Positions 1-12,200 of a stretch of DNA of 64,000 bases are shown here, piece by piece. The position numbers were made by a program, and so were the translations under genes. This DNA comes from Epiperipatus broadwayi (taxonomy: Eukaryota > Animalia > Onychophora): positions 25,606,001 through 25,670,000 of the forward strand of contig JAQFVV010000003.1 of assembly GCA_028023455.1 (NCBI GenBank), written 5' to 3'. The notes under the pieces are model-generated. The model saw nothing but the letters and a program-made list of their open reading frames with translations. It was not told the DNA's origin and did no database searches. Each line of letters begins with the position of its first letter. The first letter of the stretch is position 1.

Positions 1-560
1 ATTTATGATAAATGCATAATCTACCCTTACCATCATTTTTTCCAGAGAATAACTCAAGAGAAGTACATCAAATGAAGCCTTACAGATCAATTTTTAAAAA
101 GGTTCAAACCTATATTTTTAGTAAAAAAATCAGAATTGAGGCTATAGTAAAATATATTTTATTTAAAATAAAAAAGCCAATATTTCTACTAATATTTTTA
201 TATATTAATAATATAATAATGGTAATATATTAAAACATATATATCTACCCTACATATATAAAATGATAAGTGAGGTGGAAATAGAATCAAATGATGCAGT
301 TGATTAAAAATTCTGGAGGTAAATTTCTCCTATCTGGCTATCTTTAAAAAAAAAGAACAAACTATCTTGCAGAAACAGATCAACTGTAGTAAAAGCACAG
401 TATTCTGAAAAAGTGTTAATAATTATTTATATTAGACAATAAACTTGCTTTGTCCCATTTAAATATATGTTAAAAAAAGAATAAAGTTGTACTTTATGAA
501 ATAATTAATGTAGTCTTAGTTTATAAAGGAAAAGCTGAAATTATTATTTTTTCCCTCATG

Positions 561-652
561 TATCATAGCATCAGCTGGGAAGCGAATCTGCTAACCCGGG
601 ACAACTGCTTGTAAAGCAGCTGTTGCTGACCTCTCGACCACCAATGCTTGAC
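561..652 (-). mobile_element. Short tRNA-derived SINE, older copy
   Basis: Minus strand reads GCATTGGTGGTCGAGAGG (A box) ... AGATTCGCTTCCC (degenerate B box) AGCTGATGCTA. Homologous to 18439-18550. Possible decayed TSD aagctgaaatta (532-543) / aagcagaagtta (653-664). Confidence 0.75.
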
Positions 653-2489
653 AAGCAGAAGTTAATTTTGTAAGCAATTTTATAGTGTTTATTAAAATAT
701 ATAAATGTAACTTTTTTAAAAATTCCTTTAAATTAAATGTTTTTCTAGTGTCTTTATGCAGTTAACAGAAGTGATGTTTTTATGCAATGTGTTAGATTGT
801 GATTGAAAGTTGACAAAAACTGAAAATATCTGAATCTGTCAGCATTTTTTCTTCTCTTTGGAAAAAAAATAATTTGAAAGCATTAATAATAGACTCTTTG
901 CTATTGCATTTTTTTCAATTTTTCTTTTCTTTGGCAACAAATAATCTGCTTTCAGAAATAGAATTTAAAAATGCACATCTACTTTAAGAAGTTTTGCAAA
1001 AAATTATGATGATTAAATGTACTATATTAAGTCAGAGAATTTTAAACCCTGTGTGCATGTGTTTGGGGGAAAAAATACTGATGGAATTTCAAAAATATCC
1101 TATATATATATTGTATAGAACGAAGTGTTTGAAAATCATTTTTTCATAAGCACTGTTGAAAGATGTGTGACCAAGTGGAATGAGCTTTGTGGATGAGGGA
1201 TTGGGTAATGATGACAAATGGTGGGTATAGCCCCTATTATATATAAAAACAAATAAATAGAAGAAGATAGTGTAACTGATACTTAAGCAGATAAATAAAT
1301 AAAAGACAGACAAATAAAAAGATAAAAAGATAAGTAGTTAAATAAATAGTTAGGTAGATAGCCCATGGTAAAAACAAAAAAAAAAAAATTATAATTTTTT
1401 TTTTTTTAATTACAGTATATAGATTGTTTTGGTATTTTTTTTTATTTTATAAAAAATGGCACATTTTTGTAAACTCATTTTAAATAGTATAGTTTATTTG
1501 AAAGCTGTCATAAAATAATTATCAAAAGAAATGTAGAAATTCTCAGAAAAAAAAAAGTTATTGATAAACAAAAAAAAAATTAGAATTTTGTCATAGATTT
1601 GTAGTTAACCAATCATTATAATGAATAAATTATTTATCTACAAAGAGTTATAATCACTCAAAATATATTTTATTCCAAAATCAGGGGTTCAGTGGAAAAA
1701 ACAACAACTGGATAAGCAACTTCAAAGTCTTGTATCAATATTAGACATGTTTTAGGATATTTCTGTACTTTAGTTTAGAATAACTGTTTATACCTTCTCT
1801 TGACAATTTGTTTTAAAATGTCAACTCCTATTCATTCTTCTGACATATCTCAACCATCTCAGTATTAACAGAGGGTTTCTATAAAAGATAGCATTTAATA
1901 TCTTTTGGTATCTCTGAATTGGTTATTTTTGTCTTCTTACTTGACATTTTTTTAAATATAGAAACAGATAAAACATATTTAATAATTTTTTCATCAAATT
2001 CTAAATATATATTAGAAGATACTAATTTATTTTTAGAGGTCAACTTTGTATAAAGCAAGTTTGTTATTTTCAACGATTCTCGGAGCTAAAAGAACTATGA
2101 TTTTCAATGACAGTCTTTTTTGTTAATAATTTTTATTTTGTAATATAAAAATAAATGTGCATTTTAATGCACGGATAGAGTGATGGATTCAAAGGCTAAA
2201 AGTTTCTAGATTGATGTATAAATTATCATGGTGGTGTTCAAATATCATGTGACAGTTCTAGCAACTAACCATTCAACTATTTATATATTCATGAATGATT
2301 TTCTTTAAAGGGTTTTGAAAATGAAATTACTTTAATAAATATATTTATATAATTATAACAATATTTAAAGAAACGAATCTTTTTAAAATTAACCAAAGCA
2401 TTTCCTTCAGTCAGGATAACTGACAAAAAAAGTTTAAATTTTAAAATTTTGCAAAAATAAAATACAGTAATAGATACCAAAAATAAAAA

Positions 2490-2660
2490 TAAAACCCCTA
2501 GAGAGACGGCTGTAAAGAAGAGACGTACTGAAGGTTTCCTAAAGCCAATTTGTAAGGAATGGTTAAAAAATAGCTGCCATGTGGCAATGATTTGTAAACT
2601 GACAGATCGAGAGAGAATTAGAATAGCAGCAAAGTGTTTCTAAGTGAAGGAGAAAGATAA
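2490..2660 (+). mobile_element. Probable RTE-like LINE 3' remnant
   Basis: Translation ...CKLTDRERIRIAAKCF* resembles the KRLAxDRExWR C-terminus of RTE ORFs. Heavily decayed. Confidence 0.35.
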
Positions 2661-3710
2661 AAAGTATTTCCACTGGCATTACTTTAGTCATAGGCTGAGC
2701 AATTTACATTTGTAGCAATTTTGTTAATTGTCTGGAAATTTTCAAAATAAAATGTTTGGAAAAGCAAAACATATATTACAGACATTTGCAGATATATATT
2801 AATATACATATATAAATATCCACGTACTTGTGTAAACATACACGCTAACATAGGTGCTCTGATTTTTATAATTGCTTATGTGTGCATTATATATCATTAT
2901 TAAAATGATTATATATACACCATTCCTATGATCAGGATCAACATGCTGGGTAAAACTTGAAATTCGTATTGTAATCGCATATGATTTTGTTTTTCAGGTA
3001 GGTAGCCCATTACTATCCCAGACTATCATCTAAAATTAATTAATTAATGAGTGTATGCCATTTTAAATTAAGGAAATGAAATAAAGATGAAAAATTACTC
3101 CAAATCCTAATCGTGCAATAATGAAAAAATATTTTGAACAAGAGACTATTTGAAGGATGTCTTATACTGATTACATGCATATTTTTGTAGCAGTATATAT
3201 ACATAAATAAATGCAGCATTTCAAGCCAAATATAAATACTGAAGTCACTTTATGTGCAGTGTTAGTTTTGATAAAGAATGCTGCCACTTTAATATTAGCA
3301 ATGTGTGGAGATTTGGTCACTTCTTAAACAAACATTTGGCATTACATACTGTATTTACCAATTTTACATTCAATAAAAAAATATTCTTTCACAAATTGCT
3401 TTTAATTAAAATTAATATCTGTTATCCGAAGATTAATTTCAAGCTGTACTTAAAAATGCTTTGTTTACATTTGATTAAAAGTTCAATCATAATAAAATCA
3501 CTTGTCAAATTGATCACCTTTACCAGAGCAGGAGACAATATACATAAATGATTACTTTGCATGTATGTTACTTTGATAAAGAAGGCTGGTACTTTGATAT
3601 TAGTAGGATGTGGAAATTTTGTTGCTTTAATGTAAATGCTGCTTTTATTTGCAGTATAAAGTCATGTGACAATTATCAAGTCTATTTAATTGATAGATGA
3701 ACTGCTCTGC

Positions 3711-3916
3711 AGATAGAAGGATTTGAACTCAAGATTTTTCAGTCTATTTATCCTCTACTCTATCTCAAGCAACTGATATACATAATCACACACATGCAAA
3801 AAAGATGGTCTTTTTTGTATGTTTGTAGTTATTTTGTATGTGTGGTCATGTATATTGGTTGCTTGAGATAGAGTGGAAGATAGACTGAAAAATCCTGAAT
3901 TCAAATACTTCTATTT
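3711..3916. repeat. Fold-back inverted repeat (about 85-bp arms) made of the end of repeat family HH-A
   Basis: The left arm atagaaggatttgaactcaagatttttcagtctat...ctctatctcaagcaac matches the reverse complement of 3835-3916, and matches 8467-8530 and 8940-9010. Confidence 0.85.
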
Positions 3917-4186
3917 ATCTGCTTATTTTAATGTACATCAATTTTTAAAGAACTGATATTAATTATATAGAGTAGATGTATTCCATTTATTTATAAAACT
4001 CTATAATAAATATTATATGTGACATATGTTATGATGAATAATACTTTTATATTGAATAAATATAAAGTCGTGAGATAATTATCAAACCTATTTAATTAAT
4101 AGTTGAACTGCTCTTTAGCTAACCATGATTCAATATTTTTTATAGTAAGAAAATGGATTAATTTCTTACTGTAAAAGTTATTGAAC

Positions 4187-4208
4187 ATGGCAGCTAGAAG
4201 TAAGTTCA

Positions 4209-4248
<40 letters not shown>

Positions 4249-4270
4249 TGAACTTACTTCTAGCTGCCAT
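4187..4270. repeat. Perfect 24-bp inverted repeat around a (TA)n core
   Basis: atggcagctagaagtaagttcaat ... attgaacttacttctagctgccat. Confidence 0.95.
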
Positions 4271-4293
4271 ATATATATATATACACACACATA

Positions 4294-4401
4294 TATTCTT
4301 CACGTATAAAGTGTGATAAACAGAGTAGTTACAATTCAAAAAACATTAATGTTTTTTTAATTTTAACTATTCTGTTTATCACACTTTATATGTGAAGAAT
4401 A
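4294..4401. repeat. Near-perfect loop-less palindrome (about 54-bp arms), MITE-like
   Basis: tattcttcacgtataaagtgtgataaacagagtagttacaattcaaaaaacatt is followed directly by its reverse complement with few mismatches. Confidence 0.9.
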
Positions 4402-4844
4402 ATTTTCATTATCTGAATAAGTTTTTGTATTATTTACACACACACACACACACACATATATATAAGAAAATGGTAAATAGCCTTTAAATAGGCCATTTCA
4501 GAACAATATCCAGTTATTTAATTATTGCTTGGTATATTTTTATAAGTTTTTTTACATAGCATCAGCTGTCGATAATAGTTTATTATATAACTAAGTGTTA
4601 GATGTGTATAATGATATCCAAGATGGCTTGAAAGCTTCAGAAAGCTGATGATTCAAAGGTGACCTCCTTTCTTCAATCAAGCAGAATTATTTGAGTCTGC
4701 TGTTTTATAATTGACATCTGTTCTTCTAATAACTGTTTAATTTCTTATCTTTACAACTCATGTATCTTCCATCCATAATTATCTGGCACAGCTTATATAG
4801 ATTTGGACCTGTTTATAAATCTTTGTTTCATAAAAATATATATC

Positions 4845-6515
4845 ATCATCATCATCACCATCAACCATTTTCAATCTACTGCAGGATGAAGGTCTCTCTA
4901 AGTTCAGTTCATCTTCTTTGATCTTTAGCTTCTTTTCTCCACATCATCCCTGTACACTTTCTTATTTCATCCTTTCATCTCACATGTGGTCTCTTTCTGG
5001 GTTTTTTACAATTTCTTGGAATCCAATTTAAGATTTCAACTGTCCATCTATTATCATCTCTTCTAGAAATATATCCAGCCTGACTACACTTTAGTCTTTT
5101 AATTTTTTCAAAGTGGTCAGTAACACCTGTTTATTCTCTTATCCATATATTGTGTTTTGATCTCTTTTTGTTACTCCTAACATGCATCTCTCCATACTTC
5201 TTTGAGTGGTCTGAAATCTATGTATGGCTCTTCTATTAAGTGTCCAAGTCTCAGAACCATAAGACAGAACTGGTAAAACACATTTATTAAACACCTTTCT
5301 TTTCAAACACATGAGCATTTTCATTTTAGTATCAAGTGATTTCTATCAAAAACATTCACACCAAGGTTAATTCTATGATTAATTTCATCTATTATGTTTC
5401 TACCTGTAATTATAATCTAACCAAGGTATTTATAGTTGTTAACTTCTAACTCATTATAATCAATCTTTATTTTCATCCTTTGAGAAAATCCATTGAACAT
5501 TTAGTCTTTTTAACATTTATCTTTGGTCTTACTTTCTTACTTTTATCTGATAACTGTTGCAACATTGTCTGAAACTCTAAAACATTATTTGCAAAAACAA
5601 CTACATCATCTGTAAAATGTAAATGACTTAAATAAATTCCATTTACTTTTACTCCTTTAGCTTCCCATTTTAATCCACAAAATACTTCTTGAAACACTCC
5701 ATAAAATTTTTTTGGAGATATGGAGTCACCCTATCTTATATCTTTCTCAATGATGAATTTCCTGGTATCATTATGCAATCTAACTGTTGCTGTTGCATTT
5801 TTATAAATATTCTTCAGAATGACAATATCTTGGGTCTATACCTTGATGATCCAATGCTTTAATCATTGAAAAAATGCTTATAGAATCAAATGCCTTTTCA
5901 TAATCTACAAATCCAAAGCATAATGGCAACTCATATTCATTGGTCCTTTCTATATCTTCTCTCAATATTTGGATATGATCTACAGTATTAAAACCATTTT
6001 TAAATCCAGCTTATTCTTTTGGTTAGTGAAAATCCAATGTTCTCTGTAGATGAGTTGCAATTATCTTGATAAACATTTTGTATAAAACTGATAAAAAAGG
6101 CTGATAGGTTTGTAATTTCTAATATCTTCTTTGTCACCTTTTTTAAATATTAATATTAATACTACATTCTTCCAATCATCTGGTACATCTTTATCATTTA
6201 AACATTTGATATATAACTTTGCTAAAACTTTTCTTTAGCAATTTCTTCACCTGCTTCTTTTAATATATCAATTATAATTTCATCATTATCTGGAGCTTTT
6301 CATTTTTTCATAAATTTAATTGCATGTCACACTTTTTCATTTAAAATTCTGGGAAATTTGGAAGATATAATAGATGTAAGAGGTACTTGTTCTTTATTAC
6401 TGTATAATTCTTGATAGAACTCTTCTACCAATTTCATAATGTCACCTCTCTTTTTAGTAATAATTCTATCTTTTTTTCTTATTGCTGTTATACATTTTCT
6501 CCCAATTCCAAAATG
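4845..6515 (-). mobile_element. Degenerate 5'-truncated RTE-clade LINE (reverse transcriptase)
   Basis: Minus-strand motifs FVDYEKAFDS, GDSISPK, HLHFTDDVVVF, KRKVFNKCVLPVLSYGSETWTL. (GAT)n 3' tail at about 4845-4860. Many stops and frameshifts. Confidence 0.9.
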
Positions 6516-6619
6516 TTGTTTTACACTCTTGAGTAAATTAAAAAAAATATTTGTTTGCATAATAAAAAAGGAAATATTTTCATAAATCATATCAGTAATA
6601 TATAGGATATATGAGCACA

Positions 6620-7020
6620 GACTTTCATATGACTCACCACTCTCCACACCATCTCATAACACTGATACACTTGAACACATATATGTTGAAAAGATAAATA
6701 ATCACCAATGTACGTATTTCATGCTAAACCAGCAATCATCAGTTGGTCCAGATTACCATCTCTACACATATATGCTATAAGTGCTCAGATATATATTAAG
6801 ATAGCCAATCTTCATACTTAATGGACAGGCTTCAATCCACTCCACACTCCAACTGTTCAACTGTCCATCCAATTGAAAATCTGATGATGGAATGCTCAAA
6901 GGCCACCCTAAGGCCGAGATTCTTATCACACCCATGTTGACCTAAGGTCAATCTGACACCTCATACACAGGATATAATCCATTTAATACAAGGAATGGGC
7001 AGACAGCTCTACTATGTAAT
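6620..7020. mobile_element. Repeat family HH-A, copy 1 (non-coding, hammerhead-bearing)
   Basis: Aligns by eye with 8467-8900 (same orientation) and 30035-30485 (inverted). Confidence 0.8.
6705..6746 (-). ncRNA. Minimal type I hammerhead ribozyme motif (U16.1 mutated to C)
   Basis: CCAA CTGATGA T TGC TGGTTTA GCA T GAAA TACGTA C A TTGG: stem I CCAA/TTGG, core CUGAUGA and GAAA, palindromic stem III. Confidence 0.75.
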
Positions 7021-7632
7021 AACTGAAAAATACAGGCTTATTGTATGCCTATGTGTTTCAGTTATAAATCATATCGGGTATATTTTATAAAATACTTAAT
7101 ATTAATGTTAGCAAAGAAAATAAATATTTATATTAAAATAAAACAGCTAGTTTTTAATTATTTCTTAAAGATTACTTCCCACACTGTTACGTGATATTAG
7201 CAAGAAGAGAAAATAATATTTTAGATTCAGTAAATGGAATGAAAATCCTAATAAAATAATTTTATATACTTTACTAAGTAATGACTTAAAATATTATAAA
7301 TTTATTATAAATAATAATTTAAGTTTTAGTTTAATATATATATAATGAAAATTGTTTTTATGTTTTTATATTCTTACAGAAATATATTCCTGTTTACCAT
7401 AAACTATTTAATCTTTTAATTAGTTTTACTCTAAGAATAAGACAATGTTTTTCTTTTTACATATATAATTCTACTTATAAATTAGAAAATACAAATTTTA
7501 TTTAAATTATATGAAAGCAAGCCAATTAAATATTCCTTTAAGTATATAAAAATATTTATTTGGTAAATAAGTAATTGAATGGGTTGATTGCTTGGGAATT
7601 CAAAAAACATTTGAGCACTGGAAGCACCAAAA

Positions 7633-7690
7633 CTGGAATCGATTTGAGAACTTTATGCTCCAGAGTTTGATACATTACCACTGTATTAAA
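7633..7690 (-). mobile_element. Possible decayed tRNA-derived SINE head
   Basis: A-box-like TAATACAGTGG and B-box-like GTTCTCAAATCG at tRNA-like spacing. Confidence 0.3.
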
Positions 7691-8384
7691 TCATGCTGAA
7701 CAACCTATTTAATTAAAATTCAAAAATATAGAATTCAATTAATTAAAGAAAATATTTTAAGAACAAAACAAGATGTACGTATATAATCAGTATGGCACGA
7801 TACTGAAATGTCTCGATATATATGTATATGATCAATCTAATTAATTCACAGAATTTCTGATATGAGGTTCAAACTTTCTGCAAAAAAGATATTCAAAACT
7901 GACCTCTCATATTACAAATCCACACCACAGATTAATATTTAAATGATAGATGAAGTAGAGATTTAAACATCTTAATCTTCCCATCAGAAAAAATAGCCCG
8001 ACTTTCTATTTAAATGCCATAAACTTGTTGGTCTGAAAATATTTCCAATCAAAACACACACACACACTATTTTGAAATGCACGCTCTAAACTATTATTTC
8101 ACGGAGGGCATAGCTGAAAATTTCTTAACGTTTGAGGTGATTTGATATTATATATATAATCAAAACTACCCCAAATCCAAAATTCAACCAGACCAGCATA
8201 AAAATATTAAAACACTACCAATATATGTATGTATATGATATTAATCTTTTAATGTGGTATCATAATTTTTTCTCAATAGAAGCACAATTTGTGATCACAT
8301 TGAAACATCCAATAGATTTGAGATTGAGGAATATGTATCATTCTATACTACATTGGAGACATATATCCTAAAAGGTTTAATACC

Positions 8385-8398
8385 ATATATATATATAT

Positions 8399-8468
<70 letters not shown>
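8385..8468. repeat. (AT)n-(AGAT)n microsatellite
   Basis: Direct inspection: about 17 AGAT units at the start of HH-A copy 2. Confidence 0.98.
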
Positions 8469-9154
8469 TTGCACTTAGGATTTTTCCGTTTATATTTGCC
8501 TCTACTCCATCTCAAAAAAACAACACACATGACCACATACATGTGAAAAAGAAAGATGGTCACCAAATATATGTATTTTGTGCAGAACTATCACTCATCA
8601 GCTGGACTAGATTTTAATCTCCTACACACATATACAATTAGTGCTTGGCTTATATTAAGATAGCAATTCCCTAAAGTTTAATGGACAGGCTTCATCTCAC
8701 CATTTCAACCACTCAACCATCAATTTCATTGAAAAACAAATGATGGAACATTTAAATCCTTGGTGGATTTGATATTGATTGTAGTCATACTCATGTAGGC
8801 ATTACATCAATCTAATCTCAAAGATTATTGTACCATTACATATCAATATATTAATAAGAGGGGGATGGGCTAAACTTACTTCCAAGGCAATATGTAATTA
8901 GCTTATTTATTCAATGTGCTGAATGTTTCTTATGTAAGTAAATAGAGGGATTTGAATTTGAGATTTTTCAGTCTATATTTACCTCCAATCTATCTCAAAC
9001 AACTAACACTCTTTTTTACATGTAGATAGTCATGTGTGTTGTTTGTTTAAGATGAAGTGGAAGTGAATATAAACTGAAAAATCTTAAATTCAAATCTCTC
9101 TATTTATTTACATAAGAAACATTCAATACACTGCATGGATAGGCTAATTATATA
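8467..9154. mobile_element. HH-A copy 2: monomer, partial head-to-tail second monomer and inverted duplication
   Basis: The unit start atttg..gatttttc recurs at 8467 and 8950. 8891-9010 is inverted-repeated at 9040-9154. Confidence 0.8.
8563..8605 (-). ncRNA. Degenerate minimal hammerhead motif (GAAA mutated to AAAA)
   Basis: CCAG CTGATGA GTG ATAGTTCTG CAC AAAA TACATA T A TTTGG, at the position homologous to 6705-6746. Confidence 0.6.
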
Positions 9155-9429
9155 CACATGATTTTAATGATTGTGAATATATTCAAATTTGATACTAATT
9201 ACTTCACAGTCACAATATTATGCTATCATTTCTGGTGGAAACATTTGGAAATCTCTAGATCATCTGATGATTAAAAGTTGTTCTAAAAAATACATGAATA
9301 TTAAAAGAAGTTAGTCTGTCTTTTTCACTACTCAATAGGATGCAAGAGTGTAAAGTTCATATTTAGAATGCTGGGAATTAATTGATTGGTCACATATGTC
9401 TAACACTATACTTAATTACAATATATATA

Positions 9430-9826
9430 TAATCAATAGATGGCGTTTTACCAAAAACACCGTCAAAGCGTATGTTTGTTTACATAAACGTCAGAGTAAG
9501 CATTCATTATCTCTATCATTAGTTCCACCTTCAGATCATGATTTCAAGCTGATTTGCTATCATCAGTGAAGGATAGGAATAAGAAACTAGATCTAAACAC
9601 TAACTCTGAGCATTTATGAAACAATTTATATTCAGCTTGCAAGCGTGAATTTTTTAGACACGTAATGTCTTCAAACTCAGCATAGCAAGCCAGATAGCTA
9701 TATGGGTCTGATATCAGTTCAGTATCATCACATAGTAAAAGCCTCTGCAATATATATCATTGCAAGAAAACCTCAAAGGTACATTTATGAAAAACAAAAA
9801 AACAAGTTCAACTTGCTAACGCTTAT
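9430..9826. mobile_element. Repeat family HH-B, copy 1
   Basis: Clear inverted homolog at 31855-32245 (for example gtgtttagatctagtttc and gaagacattac shared). Confidence 0.85.
9528..9572 (-). ncRNA. Minimal type I hammerhead ribozyme, core intact
   Basis: CCTTCA CTGATGA T AGC AAATCA GCT T GAAA TCATGA TC TGAAGG: 6-bp stem I, 3-bp stem II, stem III palindrome ATCATGAT, C17. Confidence 0.88.
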
Positions 9827-11829
9827 ATATATATATATATATATATATAATTGATATGCATGGCATTTTGGTTAAATGTATGTGCATTTTTTATTATATA
9901 TTCTAAAATGTAAAAAAGTCATGTATATAAAATGAATTATAAAGAAATTTGAAATAATAATAATAATTATAAAAATTAAAAATGTATAAGCTATGAATAT
10001 GGGAACACGAAGCACCCAAAAGCACTAAGCAATTATAAACTTGTAATATAGCTTCACAGATGTGCCTTTCATGTGCAATATATAGATTACAATCCTTTAT
10101 TGTAAAATAAAATCAATTATTATTATTAATACCAAGTTTCTATGGAAAACAATTGGTAACAAAAAAGAAAACTTTGGATTGTCTGTTTTAAACAAAAGAA
10201 AGAAAATGCCACTTCTTTGTTGTGTCACTTATAAAATAGAAGTCAAGCAAATTTTAATGATTGTTCAAGTTGATATAATGCAATTTCAAGAATAAAACTT
10301 CAGGGTGCATCACCCTGAAATTTCCAGTAATGATTGTGGAACTGTAAACAAAGGAATACCTTAGAAATTAACTTCGATTCTGCTGATCTATTAATTACTT
10401 TTAGACACCGAAAATATGTAACACTTGATATAAGGAAACGCCCTCTAATTAATTGTCAAATGGAAATATTATTTTATAACTTGATTTATAAAGCTGTATA
10501 ATTTTGATATTCTCAATAATAGGAAAAACATTATAGGAATAAACCATGACTGGAACAAACCATGAGAAATTAAATATTAAAAATTACTTGCGGTCTTTAA
10601 ATAAAAGAATTCTTATATACATATATATACACTTAAAAATTAATGAAATGTGAAATAGGTAATTAAATAAATGTAATATAAACTTTTTTTCCAGTTATTA
10701 TGAATCAACAAAAATGTTTCTATCATGCATGCTTTTCATATAAATATTTAGATGTACACATGTAAATACAATTTGTTATATTTCCTCATTCTTTTTATTA
10801 ATTAAAAGTATTATTATTAATAATAATTCTGTTGCTTGTTTATTGTTTACTTTATCTTTTAATAATATTATTAATGTGGAAAGAATACCAGTCAGGAAAC
10901 ATGGCTGGTTCTGCATAAATGCTTACCTTTATGGATGTTCAGTCTGTTTGTTATATGTGATTATTATAAATTAGTCAATTAAAAATAAAAATTGTATAGT
11001 CACTCCACTGTGTACATAGTCACCCATTAGATAGTCATAATTCCCCTAAACTAAATTTAATTTGCGAATATTATATACTCTTTTATTATAAATTTATTAC
11101 CAATTTAGTATTTTGTTAAAAGATGATTATCATTTCAACATATATATATGATGTAATGATCTGGACAATGACATTGAAAGGGAAGGTCATATCTAACCAG
11201 CATCAGTCCTAGGGTCTTCAGGTAGGATGCTGGAGATAATGCAATGAAGCACATAACCTAGAATTGCACCCTTTTTCCAATGGACCAGCTCAACACTTAT
11301 TTATTAAATTTAGATGCAATTTGGGTCAGTTCATTTACATCTCACCCCCTCTTTTGGTTCCATTATGCCTCAGAGTTTGAACTCAGGGAGAATTCGCCTT
11401 TGACTCCATTAACAGGGATGTACCTATGCACACTAATAATCAATTACTGTATCAAAGTTATTATTAATGAGCTACATTTATCTAAAATCTCTAATAATTC
11501 AGTTGCTAATATATGTGTAAAGTAATGCTAGCTGTATGTATATGTAAGGCATTGGCTTTGTTGATGAATGCAAGAAACAATATAATAAACTAAAGAGTCT
11601 ATATTAATTCAACAAGTTATATAACATTTATTTTACAAAAAAAATATGAAAACATTAATAATTTTTTTTTTGAATAATCCAATGTTTAGACAATATTTAC
11701 AAAGGGTAGATAAAAATAAATAAATAAATAAATGCATGTAGGTTAAATGTCAGTGATGAACATCTATCATTTCCACAATTTAATAATCTATAATTATTTA
11801 CCCATGCCCCTGTAATAGATATTCATGTT

Positions 11830-12200
11830 GATGATATCATTATGTACAAAATGATAATGATAAAAAAAAAAAGATTTAACAAGATTGCTTTAGTGAACTT
11901 GGATCTAACTAGCTTAATTATATTTACATTTGACATATCCATAGGTTCATATCAAAGTCTGGTTCCAATGATTGAAAATTTATTTATCTGAATACCCCCT
12001 CTGCCTTCGATAAGTTAAATGTAACTCTTAATATGTAGAAAAGTAGATTTATTCAAAAAATTAATCATTTGTACTGAATAAAATCTAAATAACATGGGTT
12101 AGATGAACAAACAACAAATAACAAAATTTTGCTCTGTCAATGTACATGAAAATTGATGTTCTAAAAATGAAATTCTTACCTCGAGCTCAAGTAATATTGA
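11830..12200 (-). mobile_element. Possible highly decayed LINE RT fragment
   Basis: Only faint motif resemblance (SIIG, LYIxD-like). Confidence 0.3.

Noticed and set aside
4645-4651. Other CTGATGA hits (4645, 6881, 9264, 17093 minus, 23036, 24677, 55681) as hammerheads
   Set aside because: None is followed by a stem II hairpin, GAAA, palindrome and NUH with a closing stem I.
6327-6647. 106-aa ORF as a gene
   Set aside because: Chimeric: the C-terminal part is RTE ORF2 relic and the N-terminal part is read-through from flanking DNA.
8348-8566. ORFs with IYLS/IY repeats (also 4096-4290, 30216-30398, 45234-45539)
   Set aside because: Artefacts of stop-free microsatellites.
9575-9605. GAAACTAGATC on the strand opposite the HH-B hammerhead, resembling the HH-C 3' half
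   Set aside because: There is no CUGANGA core or stem I in register, so it cannot be called a second ribozyme.
9544-9750. 68-aa ORF in HH-B as a coding gene
   Set aside because: The homologous frame in copy 2 contains stops, and no protein motif is recognisable.
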